Assembly: GCF_006345805.1 (NCBI RefSeq) | Contig: NC_043009.1 | Span: 56,668,001-56,732,000 of the forward strand | Length of the DNA stretch: 64,000 nt | DNA from: Octopus sinensis | Lineage: Eukaryota | Direction: 5' to 3' | Shown here: one piece after another, positions 11,923 to 25,796 of the stretch | Layout: each line of letters opens with the position of its first letter | Position numbering within the stretch: the first letter of the stretch is position 1 | The notes under the pieces: model-generated | Database searches by the model: none | Told to the model about the DNA's origin: nothing | Seen by the model: the letters and a program-made list of their open reading frames with translations, nothing else | Translations under genes and position numbers: made by a program

Positions 11923-12699
11923 TACTGGCTTTCTTGATTCGGAGCGAGCTTTCTCCATTAATAGTACTTGTCATGGTTACACTACGCCTAAATCCACAAA
12001 TTTATCCACAACCTGCAATTTCTGTCCATACACATAAATGTTTGGCTCAGAGGAAGCCCTATTTGGTGCAAGCTGGTAAATTACGACTATCTTTTATGGA
12101 TTGGTTGTTAAGCCCAATAAGCTGTCGAGAAGGATTCCTCAGTCGCCAGCATACAGGAATCTGTGTATTAGTGATAAAGAACATCTTTGTTTTGGCAGCA
12201 AGCTATCTTATATTCAACAACCTACCCATTGTTCGGTATTTGATGTACCCCTTGTATAAGTAACCCGCAAGAGCCATCAAGAAACATTACAGCAAACTAA
12301 AATAGGAACAGAGTTGCTTTATACCATTTTCAACCAAAATTGGATCAGAGAGCTTAATACTCACTGTGTTTTAAGACCTTCATTCTGTCTGTACGTAACG
12401 TTGAAACCACAGTGGATTCTCAAGAGGATCGCTCTTACATGGTGTCAAATGGATTACGTCTAAGGGTCGAAGTGGAGTTCAGGGAGGATAAGAAGGTTCG
12501 CAAATTGATCAGATGGCATTTTCAGACATAGCTTTCCAACTGCTCGATACTTTTAGATTGTATTCACACATCTCTATGACATCACTTGACTGACAATTGG
12601 CACGAAACTGACATTCTGCGAGATAAGTATATTTCTTGGCCAAAGGTGGGTTGTTCTTATCTAAAGATTTATAAATGTATGTAAGACCGGTTAAACTCT

Positions 12700-13090
12700 T
12701 CTAAAACATTACTAGTCCTTTACAGCTGAGTGTAAAAACCCAAAAATAGATATTGCTTTTGACGTGGTTTCGCTATATACATAGGCGTTAAGACCAAAGC
12801 CAAGCAGCAAACAACGCAGTAAAACTGCATGGTCTATGGATCCTTTTTTATTACAACACATAAAAAACATACATTGAAGCCCATCTTCCCAGTGCATGTC
12901 TTATCGTTTTTTTTTTTCCCAACAGGTATAAACTGATAAACTGGACTGCATCTCGTTCAGTTATCAACGATCGATTGGCTTTGAGCCATCTGACAAACGA
13001 ACAAACAAAACGGATTTTCGGCATTTTCATCCTGAGCAAATAATTTAACAATTCTATCTTTGAAGATGTTAATTATTTTCAGATTTTTCC
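12700..13090 (+). pseudogene. Possible very decayed Penelope-like reverse transcriptase fragment
   Basis: IAFDVVSLYT (cf. SFDVVSLYTNI) and NNSIFEDVNYFQI (cf. NNYFxFNxxFYxQ) in the expected order. Confidence 0.4.
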
Positions 13091-13579
13091 ACTTCATCAA
13101 TTGTTGGCATAAGTTATAAAATTCTTCTCCCTCAAGTACAGGCTTTCAACTTCAGACTGTTTGGTAACAGCTTCTTTTGATAGATTCATAGATAAAGACC
13201 ACCTGTTCCTAGCAGGTCAATAGGCGGAGGTTGTCATTTCTTTCATAAACAAGCCAAGCCGCTCACGTTATCAGTCCGTATTGAAATGATATTGATTTTA
13301 TTTGATATTGTTAATAAATCAACAACATTTGTTAGTACCTATGTAAATTTTCTAGTCTTTAAATGCAACTTTCTCGATATGGCAGGCTCACAAGTGCACA
13401 ATACACGTTGTGTATAGGATCCCTGGTTTTGAAATAAAATGTGAAGTTGAAAATTTCACTGACTGAGAGGCTATCGAAGATGGCCAAAGAAAGGACGATT
13501 ACTTTGGATTGTGATAATAAGTTGCTGAGTTGTCATATTGAGTCTAGTGTCTGTAAGCCCACAATGATTTAACGCAAGT

Positions 13580-13740
13580 GCATACATACATACATACATA
13601 CATACGTACATACATACATACATACATACATACATACATACATACATACGTACGTACATACATACATACATACATACATACATACATACATACATACATA
13701 CATACATACATACATACATACTACATACATACATACTTAC
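13580..13740. repeat. (CATA)n tetranucleotide microsatellite
   Basis: Directly visible. Confidence 0.95.
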
Positions 13741-13980
13741 ATAGTGGCTGCTTTCTCGCATACGAGCAAAGCCATTGCTAAAACGTATCAATCAAATGAG
13801 TCATTGATAATGCAGTGTGAGGCCTATACATGACTCTTGAACTCCGCCAAACATTTGCACATTTCAGTTGAGGTGGCTGGCAGAAGGAACCGGTGCCATA
13901 GTATGAAGTCTTTTGACGTGTCATTTTCTTCAGCTGAACGGCACACCTTTTCATAGGTTGCACATGTTCTGTTGTCAACA

Positions 13981-14014
<34 letters not shown>

Positions 14015-14095
14015 CAGTTGTATAATTATGTATAGATAAACATAGAACACACATATACACAATACACACACATAAAAGACATTTTTTCTTCAAAT

Positions 14096-14299
14096 AGGTG
14101 CAGGTGCAGATGTGTTTCAATAACGCTGCTTCCCATCCACATTGTTCTGGGTTCAGTCCTACTGCGTGGCACCTTGGGGAAGTGAATTCCACTCTAGCCT
14201 CGGGTCGACCAAAACCTTGTGAGTGGATTTGGTAGACGGAAACTGAAATAAACCTGTCGTATATTTGTACGTGTATGTGTGTGTGTGCGCGCGAACGCA

Positions 14300-14355
<56 letters not shown>

Positions 14356-14600
14356 TGTGTGTGTTTGTGTCTGTGTTTTTCCCCACCACCGCTTGAAAAC
14401 TGCATGATCTATGGATATTGACGTACCGATAAGTCCCCGTAACTTATCGGTACGTCAAAACTGACCGGTAGAATAAGTACCAAACTTTAAAAAAAAAAAA
14501 AAGAAATATTGGGATCGATTCATCCGACAAAGAAAGTTCTTCAAGGCGGTGCTCTAGCATGGCCGCAATCTAATGTCTGAAACAAGTGAAAAGAGAAAAC
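14096..14600 (+). mobile_element. SINE family A, diverged full-length copy
   Basis: GGGTTCAGTCCTACTGCGTGGCACCTTGGG...GAGTGGATTTGGTAGACGGAAACTG...(TG)n...GGCGGTGCTCTAGCATGGCCGCA...GAAACAAGT. Confidence 0.85.
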
Positions 14601-16106
14601 AAAGATAAAAAGCAACAACAACAAAATCTAACGCTGTCATGCACAATGTCAGGCTGACCCAGTCTTAGTTATTACGTCAAAAGTCCAAGTGTTTATGGAA
14701 TACACAAACACTTAAGCCTCAATACAATTAATATTTCCGTCAATGGAATGACTGGAACATTCATTGGTCGAAACTGACAGGTATTTGTTTATTTTACGAT
14801 GTAACACAAAAAGAGAAAATTATTTTAGAGTAAGGTTAGAAATAATTTCTGGCGTGGAAGACGAAACAATTGTATATATGTGTGTATTGTCTTGCAAATG
14901 TAGACACCGGTCTGTGAGAAACAAATTAACGGGGTGTATATACGCGTGCGTGGGTGTATACGTGAAGAAATGTGTGCATGCATGTGTGAAAGAAAGAAGC
15001 CGGTACGCGTAGATGTGTGTATGTGTGTGTGGTGTGTGTGTGTGTGTGTGTATGTGTGTGTTTGCGTAATTTGGCTTGATATATTCCAAAACACAACTTT
15101 TTGTTTGTTAATGACATTTCCATATGAACGTTTGTTTGCTTCTTTGGTTTGCGCTTTTTTTGTTGTCGTTGTTGTTTTTCTTTTACACTGAACATGTAAG
15201 AAATTCTTTATTGGCCATGTTTCACACACACACACACACAGGCGCACACGCACACACATGCAGACATACGCAAACATGCACTATTATAAACACATACACA
15301 CACACACACACACACATATTTATACATATATATATACACAAACACACACGCATATATATATATGTATGTATGTATGAATACATGCATGTATGTGTGTGTG
15401 AATATATATATATGCGCATATGTACATGTATGCATGTATATGTTTATGTATATATGCACATATACACATATACACGTGTGTGTGTGCGTGATGTCTTATT
15501 TCCTACACACGCGCACACCACAAACACACACACACACACACACACACACGAACTCCTCCGAATCGTTAGTGATATAAAGAAAAGCTGTTTTTTTCTGTTA
15601 AGAAGAAAAAGAAAGAAAAAGAAAAGAAAAAAAATGAAAAGAAAATGACATGAAAAAGAAAAAGAAAAGAGAACAGAAAAGAAAAACAAATCTTTACGTC
15701 AACACCTCTTTGTTAGCAATTCAATATCATATTTTATTTATTTCTCCCTCTCTCTCTGTATTTCTATATTTATATTATTTAGAGAAATTTTCGTGGTGAC
15801 TATTTGGATAAAATTCAGACATTATAATATTTTTCATTGAAATTTATATACACGTTCCTCTTTGTTTTTATTTACTTATTAACTTTATTCCCAGATGTAG
15901 AGGCTGTTGCGCTTTTTTATTCCTTTTTGTTCTTAGATTCCTGCGGTTTTTATATTTTATTATTTTAAAATAATGTTTAAATGTTTTATTGCTTATGGTT
16001 TAATACATAGTTAAGTGGGTTTCGTTCGTTTTGAGGATAGGACTGAGACGTGAGGGTGTGTTGAAATGCTTTTGCGTAAAACATTTACTATTATATATGA
16101 ATATAA

Positions 16107-16470
16107 GGCGGCGAGTTGGCAGAATCGTTAGCACGCCGGGCGAAATGCTTAGCAGTATTTCGTCTGCCGCTACGTTCTGAGTTCAAATTCTGCCGAGGTC
16201 GACTTTGCCTTTCATCCTTTCGGGATCGATTAAGTAAGTACCAGTTACGCACTGGGGTCGATATAATCGACTTAATCCGTTTGTCTGTCCTTGTTTGTCC
16301 TCTCTGTGTTTAGCCCCTTGTGGGTAGTAAAGAAATAGATATCTCGTCTGCTGCTACGTTCTGAGTTCAAATTCCGCCGAGGGTCGATTAAATAAGTACC
16401 AGTTGAACACTGGGGTCGATATAATCGACTCATCCCCACCTCTACCAAGCTGCTCTTGTAGATTTGAAAT
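16107..16470 (+). mobile_element. SINE family B dimer
   Basis: Full head at 16107; the second, head-less unit begins after GAAATAG at ~16338. Confidence 0.85.
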
Positions 16471-16773
16471 AATTATATATGAATATATGTGCATATATAA
16501 TTATTTCAAATTTTTACCACAAGGGCAGCTTGCGTGGCCTAGTGAGATCGTAGTTTCGATTCTCAAACAGGCAATGCATTGTCTTCTTGAGCAAAACACT
16601 TCATTCCAGTATTCATCCTGTTCCTAGTCATGTCAACCGAAGTTCAAGTGAACTACTTAACGGCTGTAGGGGAGGGTAGAGGCTCTCCAAGGTTGTATAG
16701 AGAGAGTGCAAGAGAAGGTTCACATGTACAGGACCTGCTCAAGAGCATGCAACCACCGCTAGAACATAAGTGA

Positions 16774-16854
<81 letters not shown>

Positions 16855-16873
16855 ATATATATATATATATTAT

Positions 16874-16920
<47 letters not shown>

Positions 16921-16940
16921 GTATGTATGTATATGTATAC

Positions 16941-16972
<32 letters not shown>

Positions 16973-18009
16973 GTGTGTATATGTATGTATGTTGATTACT
17001 GAAGTGTATTTGTTACATCACTTAATGTTTTCACTTTAAACCAAGAGGATATCTAATTTTTGCCTTTCAGTCTTTTGATGTCAGTAAAATACATACTAAT
17101 AAAAAATAAGGCATCTCCTTTATAAATAACTGGAATGCTGTTATTAGATGTCTTTAGTTATCTCCCTTTAGATCGTCGATAAAATGAAATATCATCCAAG
17201 TACTCAGTTGATGTTGGAGCCCCCCCTCTCTCTCTCACTCTCTCACTCTCTCACTCTCTCTCTCTCTCTCTCTCTCCCTCTCTCTCTCTATCTATCTATC
17301 TATCTATGGAAGTTTGTACCCTGTGTCAATGTTGTACTATTTAATTCGTGTTTCTATTTCCTGTTCTGTTCATTGTGAGATAAGTATGTGAGCCCACAGA
17401 AGCGTGTGTGTGATTCCCAGAAGTGAATGTTTATATGAGGCTCAGAAGTAAATGACTTTGTTAGTCCCAGAAGTAATTCAGAGCTACAGAGGTGTTTGCT
17501 TTCATCAAGAGTACTTATTGCAGGTATGGTGAGAACCATCTATCTCAAACTTGCACCCATATCAGGGAAATGAATCCTGCACTTTCTTTTTTTCTTTCTC
17601 TCTTTCTTCCTTCATTTTCTTCTTCAAAGCTCTATAGAGATTAAAATTCAGGTAATTCTACTGATTTTAGGGTCTCATGCGTGCGGTTCATATAGGCGAT
17701 ACCGGTCACACCATTGTGTGTCTCTAATATAAAGTGTTACCATTATGACACAGTCCAAATTCAGTATATCTTTAAGAAGCAATCAAGATATGGTGATATT
17801 AATTTGAAATAGCCCAGAGACAACATGATTTCAGTATGAAAATATCCGCTGGCGAGAAGTTATCGCTATATAAAAATATAAAAGCAAGAAGATAGTTGTG
17901 AAACTGTTCAGAAATGAGACTGTATAACTATTTAACTAAAGTCGATATTGAACAGGAGACGAGTGGATATCTTATGAAACAGTCCTCATATACGATGATA
18001 TTAACGTTG

Positions 18010-18190
18010 GTTTCAAATTTTGGCACGAGTCCAGCAATTTAGGAGGAGGGGATAAATCGATTACATCGTCCCCAGTTCTCAAGTGATACTAATTTTATCG
18101 ACCACGTAGAGATAAAAGGCAAAGTCGACTTCGGCGGAATTTGAACTTGGAACGTAAAGACAGACGAAATGCCGCAAAGCATTTTGCCTG
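18010..18190 (-). mobile_element. SINE family B, diverged
   Basis: Reverse complement of the family B core: AAAGGCAAAGTCGACTTCGGCGGAATTTGAACT...GACGAAATGCCGC. Confidence 0.75.
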
Positions 18191-18835
18191 GTGATACGAT
18201 TACGTTAATATTAAAAAAAAAAGTTTAGAAACCAGTTGATATCTTCTTGTAACAGCCTTGAGATGAGATGATGTCACTATGTACCAGTCCACTTCTACAA
18301 ATATATCACTATAAAGCTACTAAGATATGACACAAATTAGTAAAAGTATCCAAGACAAATCTTATATAACAGTGTATAGTTGAGATGGCATCAATTTATA
18401 CCACATTAAATTTATGACACAAGGCCGGCAACTTAAGTTGGTGGGTATTAGCCAATTACATCGTTCCCCAGTACATTTTTAGCCACACCCAAACAATATC
18501 AAAGTTGACTTCGGCGAAAAATAATACCCGGAACAAATACAGCAATGTTTTAACGATTATATGAAATGCAAAAATCTGAACTGAGGAAGCATTTCCTGGA
18601 ATTAACCGAACAGTTTTGAGGTTGTGATTAGTCGAAGGCTCTGATTCGTAAAAAATGTTAGGCTTGTATTCTTCACGGCAAACTTAAACGGTTGCCACGT
18701 GAATTTATGAAAAATATTTTTGCAGAGTAACATGACCCGAAGTAAATTCAAATTAGAATGACTTTTAATATAAACTATTTAAGTTTGTTACGTTGACATG
18801 AAGATTTATTTTACGTTAGATGTCTCTGGGATTTA

Positions 18836-18896
<61 letters not shown>

Positions 18897-19059
18897 TGTG
18901 TGTGTGTATGGGCGTGTGTGAGAGAGAGAGAGTGTGTGTGCGTGCGTGTGTGTGTATGTGTGTATTTATGTATGTATATGTGTGTATGTATGCATATGTG
19001 TATGTAACGTATATAAATATATGCATACACTCAAACATACACACACACTCATGCATTCA

Positions 19060-19093
<34 letters not shown>

Positions 19094-19991
19094 ATGTTTT
19101 GCGTTCCTCAGTTCTGTTTTCTGATTGCTATCTCGAAATAGTTGCGATCACTCGATGAACATAAAATATTTTTTAGTTCCGTAAACAACAATAAAGCAAG
19201 AATACCAAACAGCAATATAGCAAAAACAACACCGAAGCAACAATAACCGCATTAATATTTAACTCTAATTCTCCAGATAATCTTTATTTATATCATTCAT
19301 TTATTTGTCGTCTTTTCGAAATTAATTGAAATGTTGAAAAGACATTTCCTCCTTTTGAAACCTCTGTTGACATAACACATGTGTGTAAGCATGCTTATAT
19401 GTACGTATGTCATTATTCAGTTTATTTCAAGATTTCTTGTCAATAAAGAAAGGATCGGTTTCTAACATAGATCCAAAGCTCCTTCATTGGAATTTAAACT
19501 TCAAGAACAGGGCATTTTTGTATGTATGTATGTATGTATGTACGAACGCTCACACATACCTACATGTTTTCGTTGTGATTTATTTATTTTTTTCTTTGCA
19601 GAATTCAACTTTGAGTACCCAGAGCTGGAAGGCTCTTTTGTTTAAGTCAAGAGAGCTGGGTGGGTGGGTGTGGGTCGGGGTCGTGTTTATTTGAATTATT
19701 TGTTGTGTGTGTGAGCGATTGTATATAAATGCTTGTTTGTGTTTGTAAACATTTGTTTGTATGTGTGGGGATAAAATTGCATTCATGTAGTTGGTGTGCA
19801 TGTCACTTTAGTACACTAGCACGTATAAGTGTGCGTGTCTCCTAACTTCTTATGCATGTGTGTTTAATATGTACATGTGACTGCGAAACAGAAATCGTTA
19901 AAAAAAAATCACAGAAATCCCTTCAAAAGTTTTTCAAGTTTTTTACTGTATCTCGAAACGATTGTACTTAGAGAATCAGTGTCTGTTACAG

Positions 19992-20468
19992 CAATGGTTC
20001 TCAACCATTTTTCCCGGATCCTCATAGCCATTCGATGCTTAAAAATCCTATCATATTTTTACAATTAAATATTACTAGGAATTATATAAAATTGTTAAAA
20101 TACAGTAATCCTTTGTCATATCGCGGTTCACCTATCGCGATTTATTATTTAAGCTTACGTCGATTCCTCTGTGGTGTTGTTTTGCATTTATAAAATAAAT
20201 ATATACATATTTAAAAAATAATTTTAAAAAACATACTGGTGGTGCTCCAGTATGGCTGCAGTCAAATGACTGAAACAAGTAAAAGAATAAGTACATTACT
20301 GTTTCTACTTCGCGGGTTTTCACCTATCGCGGGGTGTTTTGAACACCAGCTATAGTAGAGGAATTATTGTATTTTATATATTGTTGAAGTATAAACCAAT
20401 TTATTGCACATACATTTTAACAACAACGTTTTGTATGGACCCCCAAGGGTCATGAGGATCCCGGTTGA
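19992..20468. mobile_element. hAT (Charlie-like) MITE hosting a Tigger MITE
   Basis: Left end CAATGGTTCTCAACC; right end ...GGACCCCCAAGGGTCATGAGGATCCCGGTTGA (decayed). Confidence 0.55.
20103..20369. mobile_element. Tigger/pogo-like MITE containing a SINE-A 3' tail fragment (~20238-20290)
   Basis: TA-CAGTAATCCTTTGTCATATCGCGG ... TAGAGGAATTATTG-TA. Internal sequence matches the 11700 and 27341 copies. Confidence 0.75.
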
Positions 20469-22517
20469 TTTTAGAACGTGACGCTCGAGACACCCTTATT
20501 TCTCTTATTGATCAGATAGTTAGCAACTTTCGTCTGTTCTTCGGCGCTAAAGGCGTTGACTTCTAGGTAAGATGTGATGTATTTATCACAGGTCCATGAG
20601 AGGCTTTTCATTGTGTTAATTTTGTTGGTATTCTCTAGCTTAAGAGATATGTACCCATATGTTTAGAGCTTGGCCCTTTCGGGCCTTATTTCTGCTAAAG
20701 TGAGAATAGGTTAAACGTCATCTCTGCCGGATTCCCGGTAAAACAATTATGAAAAAGATAAAATGATGCGGCCAATTCTGTCCATCAGTTTGACTGCAAT
20801 CGTTACTCTTGCGTTGTATATGCAACTATTAATCATTATTATTATTATTATTGCTCGGGAGCCCAGATGGGGGGTAAAGTTAGACACAGGGGTTGAGATC
20901 TTGGAAGATTAAGGTTTTAACTTTTCTGTACCCAAACTGCTTTTCTAATTTGTATTCTATATGTTTCTGATGTTTTGCGAAATTATTGTTTGTATTACAT
21001 TCCCAACTATTAGAATCTGTGAGCTGTTCAACACCGAAATATAATGGTACCTTTTAAGTTTCGATTCCTCCCTGTATTTGCTGACACGTATATCAGGCGA
21101 TTGAGCCTCGTATGTTGTTCTACACTTCGTTGCGAGAATCATTTTAGATGATTTCTTGTTATTTCATTTAAAACAACCACTTCAAATTGTGAAAACTCGG
21201 AAACTCCTATATTTGTTTTGAATAGCTTGTCTTTCAGGTTAATGCTTTATACCTGCTGCAATATATACTATTACAAATTACTTGTCAGATTTTAAAAAGA
21301 TTTTAGTATTTCTCTGATTGCTCGGCAAGACAATGAATTTCAAATAAATTGTTTCTGATTGCAGGAAGGTGTATCTGCTGCATGGCTACCCTTTTAGTAG
21401 CTTCAATGGTGCTATACTGTCTGCTTCTACGTCGCTGTTGGCATTAGTGTTGTTATTGTAGGATCATGTATCGCTATTCGGTATTTTATTAACAAGATTG
21501 TTATTATATGTTGTTTCGGGTAGTTTCAGTTATATGAACTAATTGACGTTTGAAAGTACGCATAGCCTGTTCGTCTACACGTTTTAGACTCAAGTCTAGT
21601 TCAATAGTTTTCGATCCTTGCATAAAACCAAAGCATTTAGACTCAAATTGTGTAATATGCCTCATATAATTATTTGTTAGGTCTTATTCTAAAATATACT
21701 GTGGCTACAACCTTGATTGGGTCGCAGAAGACTTATACTTTTAACCATGATGATTATATTTATTCAAAAGACAATTCATGTTTGATTCTAAATACATTTC
21801 TTTAACGAAGTTTTGAAGAATTCTTGTTGCGATTGATTAAATTTAGAGTTATTCACAGTTTGAGCTGTCTTTTCTTTAAGAATGCTTTAGTTCAGTGAAG
21901 GTGCGTGAGTTCTCGGTTCTTGTTCGATTCTTGCACCGAGTAACACATTGTCTTCTTGAACAAAGCACTTTATTTCACGTTGTTCCAGTCTGGTCACCTG
22001 AAATTAGTAACAACCAACATCTTGTGCAGTCACTCTCCCTTAATCCATCATATCCTCGATAATCTATTGGATCAAAAGCAAGAAGGCTGAGAAAGTTTCT
22101 GTCTGTTTGCGACTACTTAACCACGTGAAGCAATTAGCCAAAGCGTAGTACATGTAACAAAATTATACTCGCTTGTGAGCGATTGCTTTGATCTGTCTTT
22201 AGTTATCCACTTGTCTCTGACGATACATACATAGTTACCATGCAATACCTGGGGATTATGTCCCAAACGTTGCTCGCTTTATTTGTGAATGGAGGTAAAG
22301 TTACTGACTATTTACTGCCTCGATGTAGACTTGCAGAAATATTCGAATGCAAATATTAGCATCTTTCTGTAGCTCAGTATTTTCGTAATATAGTATGTTA
22401 CATTTATAATAGTAATATTTATCTATGGCTGAATATTGAACTGAGCATCATGGTCGCCATGCATGCATGCATGTATGTATGTGTGTGTGTGTAAGTGTGT
22501 GAGGGTGTATTTATGTG

Positions 22518-22548
<31 letters not shown>

Positions 22549-23342
22549 TGTGTGTGTGTGTCTGTGTCTGTGTCTGTGTCTGTGTATGTGTGTGTATGAT
22601 ATATTTATGTCCTGCAAACTAATGGTGTTAACGGAAGATAGCGCTGAAGTATGAGATTTATAAAAACAGAAATAAGTACCGGGATATATATGATCTACAA
22701 GTACACTTCAAGGCGATGCGGTGCCTCAGTATGGCTGCAGTCAAGTGCAAGCGAAAAGTAAATGAGTAAAAAATTATAAGAAGCGTAAAATCCGTAAACT
22801 TCCAAGAAGAAAATGAGATCAACGTCGCAAAAGCCGTATTAGTTATGATAGTCCATGTGATCTTTTTTAACCACCAGAGAGCCGAAATATTGCAACATTC
22901 GTCAAAGAGCCGAAATATTGCGACGTGCACAGAGAAAAAGAAGAAATGTAAATTAACACTTACTATTCATTAAAGAAAATGCGTAGAAAAGAAATATATA
23001 TGACTTTGATTTCTATTAATTTTAAAGCTATATTAAACAAGATCTGTGGAACTATACAACGCATTTTATGAAATGCATAAAAAACATGCTTGAAATGGTA
23101 AATGAAACAGTATAATAAACGTCAAACAGAACAAGCAAACACACGGACGCACGAATATTTATAGGCGACAAGACAAGCACACTACAGTTGACAATACAAC
23201 ACGTGTTTTCAAATCTTGTTTTCTGATTGGATAAAAAATTTTCACGGAAATTGACGAATTTGATTAACAACTCTGAGACTGAATAGAAGTGAACACCTAT
23301 ATATGTATGTATGTATTTGCGCGTGCGTGCGTGCGTGCGTGC

Positions 23343-23399
<57 letters not shown>

Positions 23400-23409
<10 letters not shown>

Positions 23410-23576
23410 TCCCCCCACCATTGCTTCACTACTGACAGGTTGCGGTTCGGCAAAAGAAACCGATAGAATAATTACTAGGCTCACAAAGAATAAGTCCTGC
23501 GGTCGATTTGTTCGATTAAAAAAGCCTTTAAGGCAGCGCTACAGTATGACTGAAACAAATAAAAGAATAAAAGAAT
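23400..23576 (+). mobile_element. SINE family A, 3' half, preceded by its internal (TG)n tract
   Basis: GTTTGTCCCCCCACC...GCGGTTCGGCAAAAGAAACCGATAGAATAA...ATGACTGAAACAAATAAAAGAATAAAAGAA. Confidence 0.8.
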
Positions 23577-23859
23577 CACGTGAATTGTTTATTTGTTTTT
23601 GGAAATGTTTGAGTCTATTTGTTTATTTATTGTCTTTTTATTTAATCATTTGTCTGCACATATACACGCAAATGAATGTGTGTGTGTGTATTAACTTAAC
23701 ATGGGGTAATATTTGGTAGAATCATTAAAGCGTCAGATATAAATGCTTGACGTCATTCGTTCCGGTTGTCTAAGTTCCTAGTTCGACTCCCGCTGAGGTC
23801 AACTTTGCCTTTAATTCTTTCGGGCGCGATAAATAAAGTATCAGTCCAAAACTGGGATC

Positions 23860-24010
23860 CACCACTACCACCACCACCACCACCATCATCATCATCCTCA
23901 TCATCATCACCACCGCCACCACCAACATCATCATCATCATCATCATCATCAATAATTATTATTATTATCATTCTTCTGCTTCATCATCTTCATCATCATC
24001 ATCATCATCT
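23860..24010. repeat. Compound (CAC)/(CAT)/(ATT) trinucleotide microsatellite
   Basis: Directly visible; source of the poly-P/S/H ORFs. Confidence 0.9.
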
Positions 24011-24204
24011 CTGTCTGTCTGTTTGGCCCTCTCTGTCTATCTCTTCCCCTCTTTTTCTCTCTCTCACTTTGTAGAATAAATCGGATGAGTTCAAACTTGT
24101 AGAGGGATGGACAGAAGCGCCCTATGTCACAATGGCGCCTCTAAACCTCCACCAGGAGTAGAGGACTGAAGGAAACAAAGAAGTAACGTGCATATATATA
24201 TATA

Positions 24205-24407
24205 CAGAGTCCGCCCCTCCAAAAATGTATACACATTTTAAGTAAGGAAAAATCTGTATGAATATGTATTTAACTTGAATAAGCATCTCTAGATTTAGAC
24301 ACCGCTTTCGACGCTTTATCAAATTGCAATAACACTGAATAAAAATTTTTAAACTGATTTTTCCTTTCCTAAAGAGTGTATGTATTTTTTTGTAGACATG
24401 CAGGTGA
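24205..24407. mobile_element. Decayed Tc1/mariner-type MITE
   Basis: Imperfect long TIRs: TA-CAGAGT...AAAAATGTATACACATTTTAAGTAAGGAAAAATC versus GATTTTTCCTTTCCTAAAGAGTGTATGTATTTTTT. The left end resembles the terminus at 6291. Confidence 0.5.
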
Positions 24408-24601
24408 ATGCGTAGATCTCGTGTGTATCTGCATTTGGTGATGTACAATTGGTGCTTATATCTTGTACGCACGATGTATGTTTGTATGTAAAACGTGTGC
24501 GTACGATTATTTCTATATATATGAGCATTTACATACATTTACATTTGCTTATATAAACGAAAGCACGCTCTGAAGACAGTTTTATATTTGTGTGTATGTG
24601 T

Positions 24602-24634
<33 letters not shown>

Positions 24635-25199
24635 TATTTGTGTGTGTGTGTGTGTGTGTGCATGCGTGAGTGTGTGTTGTGAAATAGACAGATAAACAGA
24701 TAAATAGAGAGGGGGAGAGAATGTCTATGTGGGTGTACATGAGAATGTGTGTTTGGAGTATGCATATACATACATAAATATGTTCGTACATACATGAATA
24801 CTTACATAAATACGTTCGTACATACATATGTATGTATGCGTACATACATATGTACATTTGTTCGTGAGTAAACCATTTTGAGACACAAGAGTGCATTCAT
24901 ATAACCTGACTAGTAATAAAAAAAGCTTCAATTATATATCTGTCAGAATTTACTATTGTGTAACGCAAACTAAATTGTAAAGTCACCGCCATATTTCAGT
25001 GATTTTCTGTAACCCTCTTGACATGATAATTGTAATGATTCTCTGACCCATATGGCCTACAAATTCATTACAATGACGTTCCACATTGCTCATGTGTACA
25101 TAATAATAAGTCTTACGAAAAACTAAGACAATTATATAGTCTTCAAAAAATACACAGAGCGTTCAAAACTGTGCTTGACTGTGCAATAATAATTATTTC

Positions 25200-25655
25200 T
25201 ATTATAGACACAATGCCGGCAATTTTGGCGAAGTGGCTAGTCGGTTATGTCGACCTCATTGCTCAACTGGTACTTATTTTATGAAGGTGGCGAGCTGGCA
25301 GAATCGTTAGCACGCCGGGCGAAATGCTTAGCTGTATTTCGTCTACTGTTATGTTCTGAGTTCAAATTCCGCCGAGGTCGACTTTGCCTTTCATCCTTTC
25401 GGGGTCGATAAATTAAGTACCAGCTGTGCACTGGGGTCGATGTAATCGACTTAATCCCTTTGTCTGTCCTAGTTTGTCCACTCTATGTTTAGCCCCTTGT
25501 GGGTAATAAAGAAATAGGTACTTATTTTATCGACTTCGAAAGGATGAAAGACAACGGAGGTCTCGTTGGAATTTGAACTCTGCGCGTTAAGAGCCGGAAG
25601 AAATGGTGCTAAACATTTTGTCCAGCATGCGAATAATTCTGCTAGCTTGCTGCCT
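25200..25655 (-). mobile_element. Old SINE family B copy (minus) split by a younger family B insertion
   Basis: The two halves join across the insert: ...GCTCAACTGGTACTTATTTTAT|CGACTTCGAAAGGATGAAAG... Confidence 0.75.
25283..25516 (+). mobile_element. Young SINE family B monomer with 14-bp TSD
   Basis: GGTACTTATTTTAT at 25269-25282 and 25517-25530. Confidence 0.9.
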
Positions 25656-25689
25656 TTCTTACATTGACTCCAGTACTCAACTACGGGCA

Positions 25690-25796
25690 TTTTGCCCCCA
25701 ATGCTAACTATTTTTCCAGTTTGCCCGTAGTGCTAACTATTTTGCCCGTAGTGCTAACTACTTTGCCCGTAGTGCTAACTATTTTTCCAGTTTGCC
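25690..25796. repeat. Short minisatellite (~21-bp unit TTTGCCCGTAGTGCTAACTA, ~4 copies)
   Basis: Directly visible. An inverted partial unit (ACTACGGGCA) precedes it at ~25680. Confidence 0.8.

Larger units (their letters stand above)
10640..11950 (-). mobile_element. Decayed RTE/BovB-like LINE 3' portion, interrupted by a SINE and a MITE
   Basis: Minus strand gives RIKKAS|NAFGKLNTR|LSRHGISIETKLKAYNTVLSSLLYACETL, GKRPAYTPKLRYKNCIK and LTCSECGHVCLSRSGL. Confidence 0.8.

Noticed and set aside
17390-17495. Repeated CAGAAG(T) motif at roughly 20-27 nt spacing
   Set aside because: The motif is too short and the spacing too irregular to support an array; probably a decayed minisatellite.
23753-24074. 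Poly-Pro/Ser/His and poly-Asp/Gly ORFs resembling transcription-factor low-complexity regions
   Set aside because: Trinucleotide microsatellite next to a SINE-B fragment, with no domain or splice context.
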